In this document: piece after piece, positions 24,800 to 32,596 of the stretch
Layout of the letters: each line of letters begins with the position of its first letter
How positions within the stretch are numbered: the first letter of the stretch is position 1
Source of the DNA: Welwitschia mirabilis
Lineage: Eukaryota
Direction of reading: 5' to 3'
Assembly: GCA_051453625.1 (NCBI GenBank)
Contig: JBOZIK010000001.1
Location: forward strand, 2,397,305 to 2,429,900
Length of the DNA: 32,596 nt
The notes under the pieces: generated by a model
Told to the model about the DNA's origin: nothing
Databases searched by the model: none
What the model saw: only the letters and a program-made list of their open reading frames with translations
Made by a program: the position numbers and the translations under genes

Positions 24800-26240
24800 T
24801 CATATCCATGGTATAAAAATAATCCTCAGGTTATATTGTTCATTTACTTTTACCTTATCATGAGTGTTTAAGTTGAAAATCTTAATAGTGCCATTAGGAT
24901 GTACTTTCTTTATTTGATAAGAATCTAGCCATTTAGAAGTTAATATATTATGAAGAAGATGAATGTGGGTATTAAATACTGTAATCAACTAACCAGGTTG
25001 AAAAGATTTAGAAATAAGCCTTTTATCATGGTAAAAATTGACTTGTATTTTTTGGATGAGTTGTTTATGAATAACATGATTATGTTTCTCATTCAGATGT
25101 TGAAGTTGGACTAGTATATATTGAAGATTACCATCAAAATCCATTACATTAAGTTGATGAATGATTTTATAGAAATATAGGACACATCAGTAGGAAGAAA
25201 ATAAACATTATCATACACAAGTTCATAAGAAGAAAACCCAAGTGAATTATGCCAAGTAATATACAAAATATATCATAAAGTTTCAAAGACCAAGGCTTCT
25301 TATTTTTAATGATTAGTTTTTAAAGCATTTTTTTAATTTTATCATTAGCATTTTTATCTTAACCATTAATTTGATAATGATAAGCATTAACTATTCTATG
25401 CATAATTCTAATAAAGAGAAGGAGTTTTCTAAGAATATTATTTACAAAATAAACACCCTAATCACTATCAAGATTCTAGGAAATCCAAACCTATGAAAAA
25501 GTTTAGATCTAAGAAAAGAACATATAGTTTTGGCATCATTTGAAATTGTATGAATGGATTCTACCCATTTGTTCATATAATAAGAAGCCACTAAGATATA
25601 ATTCTTATTACAAAAAAATAATGTGAGTGGATTTATGAAGTCTATACATCAATAATAAAAAGGTTCACACTCTAAGATAGGGTGGAAGGGTATTTTTTTT
25701 AAAATTTAAAAAGGATATCAAAATGTTGACAAGCATCACATTTTTTTGTAAAGTAAAATAACTAAAACGGCCTTCACACACACCACCATAACAAAAGGTA
25801 AGAATATCATATTTTCTCCATTCTTTCGCATATTTAACGTATGATTTTATCTTTACCTTTTTTTGAAAGATGTGATTCATGCCATTCATAGTCTGATATT
25901 CTTTGAAGAAAGTATTTTCTTTGATTATGAGTCTAATATTGGGGAGTTTTCATGGTAAGCAGTTCCTCCAAGCTATGTAAGATGAACCAAGAATGTAAGA
26001 TGATCTAAAAGTATTCTTGGAATAGAAACATTATTGTCATGACCATCTTTTAAAATGAATTCTTTATTATATGATAATGATTCTATTAGTAGTACTTCAT
26101 CCACAACCTATAGATTAGAAAAATGTAATTTGAACATGAAACTTGAATATTATTGAAATTATTCAAAATATTACAATATTTTATACCTCCTTAATAAATT
26201 AGAAAGGTCATGCAATAACCTTTTCTTTTATCTCCTTTAT
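24800..26240 (-). pseudogene. pol: Decayed Athila-type integrase (plus end of RNase H)
   Basis: ORF 25665..25889 ILTFCYGGVCEGRF (cf. IL.HCH...CGGHF), CIDFINP, YILVASYYMNKWVESI (cf. YILVAVDYVSKWVEAI), HRFGFPRIL. ORF 24800..24988 LTSKWLDSYQIKKVHPNGTIKI...KVNEQ (cf. LKSRWSGPF...P.GAVE...KVNGQ). Confidence 0.88.
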
Positions 26241-26299
26241 TGTGCTTATACTAATTATTTATATAATTAATGATGTTTTATAAATTTTAACTATTTTCA

Positions 26300-28800
26300 C
26301 AAATATGGTAAGATATCCTTCCTTTAAGTTTTTATTATTGATCATAAAATTAGAATTCCTACCCATAGTTACTTCTATTGCTACAACTTTCTTATACATA
26401 TCTAGCAACTCACAAGGTGAAATAATTCATCCTAGGAAAAAAACTACTTTAGTAATATAATAAAGTAACTTTAATCCATTCAAATAAGGCATCATCAATT
26501 TAAACCTCTTTACCATCATATTATTTAGAACAATAAGATCTATTTAATAATGAATTAATATTTACTTTCTCATCCTCATTACTATTTTTATATGTCTAAC
26601 CTTCAATGAACTAGAAAAGAGAAAATGTTTAAGTAAATATTATTATTTTTCCTTCATTCAAGAACTAACTATTGAGATCTTAGCATTTTTCAAGAGATTG
26701 TTTATAAGATATGAGAGTACATGTTGCTAAATTAAAGTGTCTCCAAACTCATTCCATTCTATCTCATGAAAATCATTTTAAAACATGATAAAAATTATAA
26801 TGATATAAAAAACATATATGATGAATTCTTACCATGGCACCCACCTATTATAACACATTTATAAGTATTGACATTGTTTCACTAATCTCTTATTGGAAGT
26901 TTTTCATTATGTTTTTTTTTTGTTTATTTAAGTTATGAGTTAATTAAGATGAATTCAAGTAAGATAGTTAATTCTAAAAGTAAGTTTTAATTATTACTAT
27001 AGTACCCATAGCTCAAACTCTCCTAAGACAGTTTGGACCTAGCACTTATGTAATGTAATCATCTCTAACTATTAATATGTTACTTGGATCCTCTTCAATA
27101 ACTTTAACCAGTTTCTCTTATAATAAGTAGTACATATGCTAATTATACAATTTATGTCTAAAATAGTATAAATAACATCATAATTAGTTACATTAATTTC
27201 CTTCACTTCTTGTGAAGTTGTTGATTCATATTCCCTTATGTATGCCCTTTTCCATAAACTTAAATAATTTTTCTCAGATAATGGATAACCTTTCTTTAGT
27301 CTTTGTAACAAAATTTTTACTATTATAAAGAACACATTATATAAAATTATTTGTTTTAGTGATTAAGCAAACTATTATCATATCATCTTCTATTTGTTCC
27401 ATAGGTTTTTATCCACTTGTAGAATATAGAACTTATTGCTCCTTACATATTTTTTTTTATTTTAATTATTATTAACAAATGGGAAATATGAATATTAAAA
27501 AGTTATGCAACTTAGTTTAGAATGCATTTGCTATTTAAAAGCTTTTAAATAATGTATCTATGTATACCTACCATTTCTTTGGTTTCAACTATGTCATCAT
27601 CTCTTTTCATTATTGTGGTTAAAATCCTTGAGGCATATGTGCAAGCCTTTCTACATCATTATAATATGGATTATAGAATTTCAAATAATGTATCTATGTA
27701 TAACTACCATTCCTTTAGTTTCAACTATGTCATCATCTCTTTCCATTATTGTGGTTAAAATCCTTAAGGCATATGTGCAAGCCTTTCTACATCATTATAA
27801 TATGGATTATAGAAGTTCCTTGGCAATTGATTTTTACATTCATACCATTTCATGATCATCTTGTGAAATATTAAGTCCTTATCATCTTCAAATATTTTAA
27901 ATTTTCACTACATGTTTGACACATGTTACACATTAATATAATAAGTATTAGTTAAGTGTGTGTATGAAACACTTAATAAATGGTTATTTACCTTGACCAT
28001 CTCTTGTAAAGCATTTTTAAAATGCTTAGTTACTACTCTTAAATCGTTTCCTTACTATTTTTCCAAAGTAGGATGATAATTGTTTTCTACATGAACCAAC
28101 TTCTCGGCATTTTTCATTTATTCTAAGTTGCATCTTCTCATGAGATCCATGTATAGCCAAATCTAGATATTTTTCTTACCTCATTTTTTGTATTTTAGAG
28201 CTACTACCTTTAGATGCAACTAATAACATATTGAATTAATAATATTAAAAATGGAATAAATGATAAAGTAAAGAATTTTTAATATTTATTCTTACCTAAG
28301 ACACTGTTAGATATTCTTTATTCTTGAGGTGGAGAGATGTTAGCACTATTAACACCTCTAGAGAAATAACTATGTTTGAGTGAATGATATTTCTTTATAA
28401 AACTTGATACTTGAACATGTAAAATGTGCTTTACAAACTATATGCTTAGAAATAAAATCCTTAACTATTACAAGAATCCATGTCTCCCATTCTTCCTCCT
28501 TTTCTTATTCCCTTTTAAATTCATCATGTCAATTATAACACATTATTAATACATATTACATAACTTTAGTCAAGTAATGTTATTTTAAAATGTATCATAA
28601 ATTATATCTTAACATGTAACACATACTTATATCATTTTGTACATAGTGGCTACTTAAAAACTTGTAAGACATTTATTATATTTTATCAAAGATAAAGTAT
28701 TTATTAAAAATATCATAGTTTAAATTAGATAAGGATACTCTCTTTTAATTTTCCTATATATACCAAACCAAAATAAAATACAACCATTTATAAGTTAAAG
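26300..28800 (-). pseudogene. pol: Highly decayed Ty1/copia pol (integrase upstream of RT)
   Basis: Minus strand order: LYMDL (~28145-28160, cf. LHMDL), DDHE (cf. SDHG, ~27850), DDIVETK (cf. NGVVERK), then RT-like FGDTF (cf. FEETF, ~26735), DLNS*FLN (cf. DVK.AFLN, ~26655) and V*IDDAL (cf. VYVDD, ~26485-26505). INT-before-RT is the copia order. Boundaries approximate. Confidence 0.65.
27547..27814 (+). repeat. Tandem duplication, period 136 bp
   Basis: 27547-27678 versus 27683-27814: 5 mismatches in 132 nt by hand count. Confidence 0.95.
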
Positions 28801-29226
28801 AGTTTCATGCACTTATTGTAACTAAAAATTTAATACTCTTAAATAAAATAAAGGTATATCATCTCATTATGTGCATATTATTGTGAAGGTAGAGATTGAA
28901 TATTAAAAGATTTAATCATAGTTTTCTTTGAATCTTTATAAGTTTAACTTAGATTCTCAATTTTAGCATTGTTCTCCTTATCAAGGAGGTTAGAATAATG
29001 TATGAATGATAAATCATCTTTCTTATCTTATTTTACTTTGTACTCTTCCTTTTCAATTTTATCATAAATATGTCTCAGTTTAAATAAATACTCCATGAAG
29101 GATTTTCAATTTCTTATATAAGAAACCTATAATACCTAACTAGTTAATATGAATGGTTCATATTATCCATGATCATCCTTAAGACATTTTTTTGTATTTA
29201 TTAGGATGAAATCGTAATCATTCTTC

Positions 29227-29700
29227 NNNNNNNNNNNNNNNNNNNNNNNNNNNNNNNNNNNNNNNNNNNNNNNNNNNNNNNNNNNNNNNNNNNNNNNNNN
29301 NNNNNNNNNNNNNNNNNNNNNNNNNNNNNNNNNNNNNNNNNNNNNNNNNNNNNNNNNNNNNNNNNNNNNNNNNNNNNNNNNNNNNNNNNNNNNNNNNNNN
29401 NNNNNNNNNNNNNNNNNNNNNNNNNNNNNNNNNNNNNNNNNNNNNNNNNNNNNNNNNNNNNNNNNNNNNNNNNNNNNNNNNNNNNNNNNNNNNNNNNNNN
29501 NNNNNNNNNNNNNNNNNNNNNNNNNNNNNNNNNNNNNNNNNNNNNNNNNNNNNNNNNNNNNNNNNNNNNNNNNNNNNNNNNNNNNNNNNNNNNNNNNNNN
29601 NNNNNNNNNNNNNNNNNNNNNNNNNNNNNNNNNNNNNNNNNNNNNNNNNNNNNNNNNNNNNNNNNNNNNNNNNNNNNNNNNNNNNNNNNNNNNNNNNNNN
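29227..29700. other. Assembly gap (474 N)
   Basis: Run of N. Confidence 1.
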
Positions 29701-30215
29701 TTACTTGTTGAAGAACATCAAATCATTCACATTAAAGACTAAAACACTGAAGATGAAACTATAATACAATACAACTATTTATTTTAAGACATCATAATAG
29801 TTTACATCATTGCTTATAGGATCTTTATCCTTTGAACTTGATATACAACTAGCATTTGCAATCACAAAAACTCCACTATTTTAACATGTTAAGTCTGCAT
29901 CTTTCTCTTTTACATGAGATATATACCCATTAATTAAATAGCCCTTGTATCTTATGACATGCTTGCTTAAAGGATGTGATAATCATTTTACTTTTCTTTT
30001 CATTGTTTATCAATCATGTCTTCTTTAGTTAACTTACTAATCTAAAACATAAACAAATATCTTTAAAACATGAGAGATAAAGAAAATCAATAACATTGTA
30101 TAAGAAAAATAATATCTTTATAGATAAGGTGTTATTTGTTACATGTTCTTCAAACCAACTAGTAAAGTAATCAGTATGCCTTCTAAGTTATAAATATTTT
30201 TTCATGCATAGATAC

Positions 30216-31686
30216 TGTTGTGATGCCAATTTGTAAGAATTTAATGGTGTATTTTGAGTACTTTTGTAGGAAATTTATATAGGTTTAGATGCAATTCTAT
30301 TAATTATGGAGTGACGATAAGATGATCATGAAAAAATGTAATTCTTATTATAATTGGAGGCATTTCAGGCATATTCTGATACTTAGCATATTGAAGGAGG
30401 ACTAAGGATGAAGAAGGTTGATTTACTCCACTTGAGGAGTAAAGGATAGGTATCATCCTTACTATCATCCCCATGATAGAGGGGATGATAGAACCACTAT
30501 CCAACATGGGAAACACATGGATAGCCCACATACATGGAGTGTCAGTGGTGTCTTCTCCACTATCATCCTCATGACATGTAGGATGATAATCTTAATTACA
30601 TGGATAAAGGCTGCAAGTCTGAAAGCAACACATGGAGAAGATAATGGTGGGGTGTTGTCCCCTTAGTCATCTGGATGATAGTCAAAACAATGGCACATGC
30701 GCACATAACTCATAGGGCTAACAACATCACATGGGCACACAACCCAAGGTAAAAGGCAGTGTTGTCCCCTTTGTCATCCTCATAATAGTGAAGACGACAA
30801 CTGATTTTACATGTTCGTAATAAATATTGTTGTAAATGAGGTCAAGAAATCCACATGGGCTACTAGGATTTCTTTAACTAATGTCTAGGATTACAGTTAA
30901 TTGTAAAACTATAAATACCCTTTCCTCCTTCACTTCCAGACCATATTTTGTACTTGATATGCTTATGATGGAAGCTTGAAGGAAAGAGGTCCATCTAGTG
31001 GCTGTACAAAGGGGTTTTTCTTGGTGTTAGGCTATGTCTCTTCCTTTGGGGTATTGTTATTTTATTTTAAGTGGATGTAAAGTTATTTTAAATCAATACA
31101 AATACTCTTTTCATTTCAATTCTGTGAATGTCCCTTATAGTTTAAGTTGGTCATAGTTAAGTGATAGTTCTATAATTTATTTAGATCATTAGGGTAACCT
31201 TTGTTAAGGTTAACCTTGGTTAGTAGTAGATTTTCATTGTATTTTCATTTCATTCCACATTGCATATTACATATTCTACTTGATAGATCTCATAGTTTAT
31301 GTTGATTAAGAATTAGTAGATACTCTTCTTAATTGATATGAATTATAGGAAGAATAGTCTTTATAATAGAAAGGTTAGAAGCTAGTCCTTCTAACAAAAG
31401 GATTAGGAACCAAGTGAATCCATTTCATTTCCACTTCCATTCACTTGCATTTCATATTCATTCATCTTGCATTGCATTTACTTTATTATTTACTTTTAGT
31501 CAGTAAAAGATAAAACACTAAAAATTACCTTTGGAAATCAATTCTCTACCTCTAAGTATAATGTCTTCTTTGGGATTATGACATTTAGGTGGACTCCTGT
31601 CTATACTAGCATGTGTTTTTTTACAAGTTATTTAATTTTAGGTTTACCTAAAGTGCTTTAGAATTGCATAAATTCACACTGCAACA
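30216..31686 (+). repeat. Complete 5' LTR (1471 bp), Athila-like gypsy family
   Basis: TGTTG...CAACA termini, TATA box ctataaata at 30909, repeated tgttgtcccct..gtcatc (30653, 30760), 3' part homologous to 1-581, followed by a PBS. Confidence 0.88.
30909..30917 (+). promoter_or_regulatory. LTR TATA box
   Basis: CTATAAATA inside the LTR, followed by a pyrimidine-rich tract, at the expected U3 position. Confidence 0.6.
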
Positions 31687-31689
31687 TTT

Positions 31690-31707
31690 TGGTGCCATTG
31701 TTGGGGA
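31690..31707 (+). other. Primer-binding site, tRNA-Asp type
   Basis: TGGTGCCATTGTTGGGGA versus TGGCGCCGTTGCCGGGGA (14/18), 3 nt after the LTR end. Confidence 0.88.
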
Positions 31708-32596
31708 AGGTCGCAAGGAGTTAGGTGGATTCTCATTAACCAGATAAGTACCTTGAATCTTTTTTTCAGATTATTTATTTGAATTAATGCTATATTTCTA
31801 GTTTAATTTAAGGTATATTTATTATTGTAAAATTTTATTTTCTGTAATTTTTAGGGACCCTGTCATTCTCTCTGTTGTCCAGACAACATAGGACATGGCA
31901 ATTCTAAAATTTTGAAATCTTTCTTTCTGTAGTTTTTAGAGTTTAGTTTTCCATAATCGTTGTCCCCCCATCATCCATATAACCAAGTGGACAATGGTTC
32001 ATTACATTTGATTTTAGTTTTTATTTACTATTTGTGCATGTAGGGATATAAATTATTCTGATAGAAAGATGAAAATTAGTCGGTGAGGAACTTAATTAAC
32101 AGAAATATCATTCAACTTTAAAATAAAAATCTAGGTATGCATAACACAGATATGAAAATTCTGGGATTTTTTTTTCTATTTAAAAATTAGATTTTCTTTG
32201 TAGTTAATTGGCAATAATAATTCTGCATCTTTTGAGTGTTAAGAAATAGTATCTTTAAATGATGAATCATCCAAAAGAGGGAATCTTGATCTCCATTTTG
32301 TACTTATCTTCTTTATCATCTTGATTTGAAAATTTTCTTATTTCATTCTTCTCGGTTTCTTCAATGAATAATAATAGAAAAACAATTACGAAACTTCTTT
32401 CTAAAAAGAGAGTAAACTTGCAAAATGATGAGGACATTGGTAAGAAAACACTTCGAGAAATCTTTGCCAAAAGAGGAAGACCATCATAAAATCATGTTGA
32501 AAACAGGAATTGGGCCCCTTCTTCTTTTTAATCTACTTATTCTTCTTCCTCTTCTTTTCAAATGTCATATAAACATGATGATGAAGATCCTCCATA

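Larger units (their letters stand above)
22158..26240 (-). mobile_element. 3' half of an Athila-like Ty3/gypsy element (integrase, long 3' non-coding region, PPT, LTR)
   Basis: Integrase at 24800-26240, ~1.5 kb of 3' non-coding sequence, then PPT and LTR in consistent orientation. Confidence 0.8.
30216..32596 (+). mobile_element. 5' end of an Athila-like element (LTR, PBS, T-rich leader), running off the window
   Basis: LTR and Asp PBS followed by a non-coding T-rich leader. No coding domain is reached within the window. Confidence 0.8.

Noticed and set aside
27552..27855. Overlapping ORFs 27552..27758 and 27613..27855 sharing peptide sequence
   Set aside because: They are an artefact of the 136-bp duplication, antisense to the copia integrase.
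29701..30215. Possible copia gag (UBN2-like) continuation on the minus strand
   Set aside because: Only vague motif resemblance, and it is separated from the pol remnant by a gap, so it cannot be supported.
1..31686. LTRs at 1-581 and 30216-31686 as the two ends of one 31-kb element
   Set aside because: The right copy is followed by a PBS (5' LTR) and the left copy is not, which is the reverse of what a single plus-strand element needs.

Overview
AT-rich, visibly CpG-poor eukaryotic sequence, most consistent with plant heterochromatin. It is made almost entirely of old, nested, decayed LTR retrotransposons. I find no intact host gene, RNA gene or CRISPR array. From left to right: (1) the 3' part of an LTR (1-581); (2) a minus-strand Athila-like element (5' LTR ~2896-4317, tRNA-Asp-type PBS, gag-like remnant); (3) a structurally complete but heavily mutated Ty3/gypsy chromovirus (4559-12098; two ~416-bp LTRs, Met PBS, PPT, near-perfect 5-bp TSD, gag-PR-RT-RH-INT-chromodomain); (4) the 3' end of a probable Sirevirus (Ty1/copia) that hosts the chromovirus (4318-4558 plus 12099-15932); (5) a minus-strand CRM-like gypsy pol (15933-18600); (6) poorly resolved remnants (18600-22157); (7) a minus-strand Athila-like integrase with PPT and 3' LTR (22158-26240); (8) a minus-strand copia pol remnant carrying a young 136-bp tandem duplication; (9) a 474-N gap; (10) a 1.47-kb 5' LTR with Asp PBS from the same family as (1). 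Family names come from by-eye translation and motif recall, not database searches. I do not see a convincing new biological system. The most unusual structure is a higher-order 20-bp array in the chromovirus leader whose variants all collapse to a CGACGTCG palindrome.
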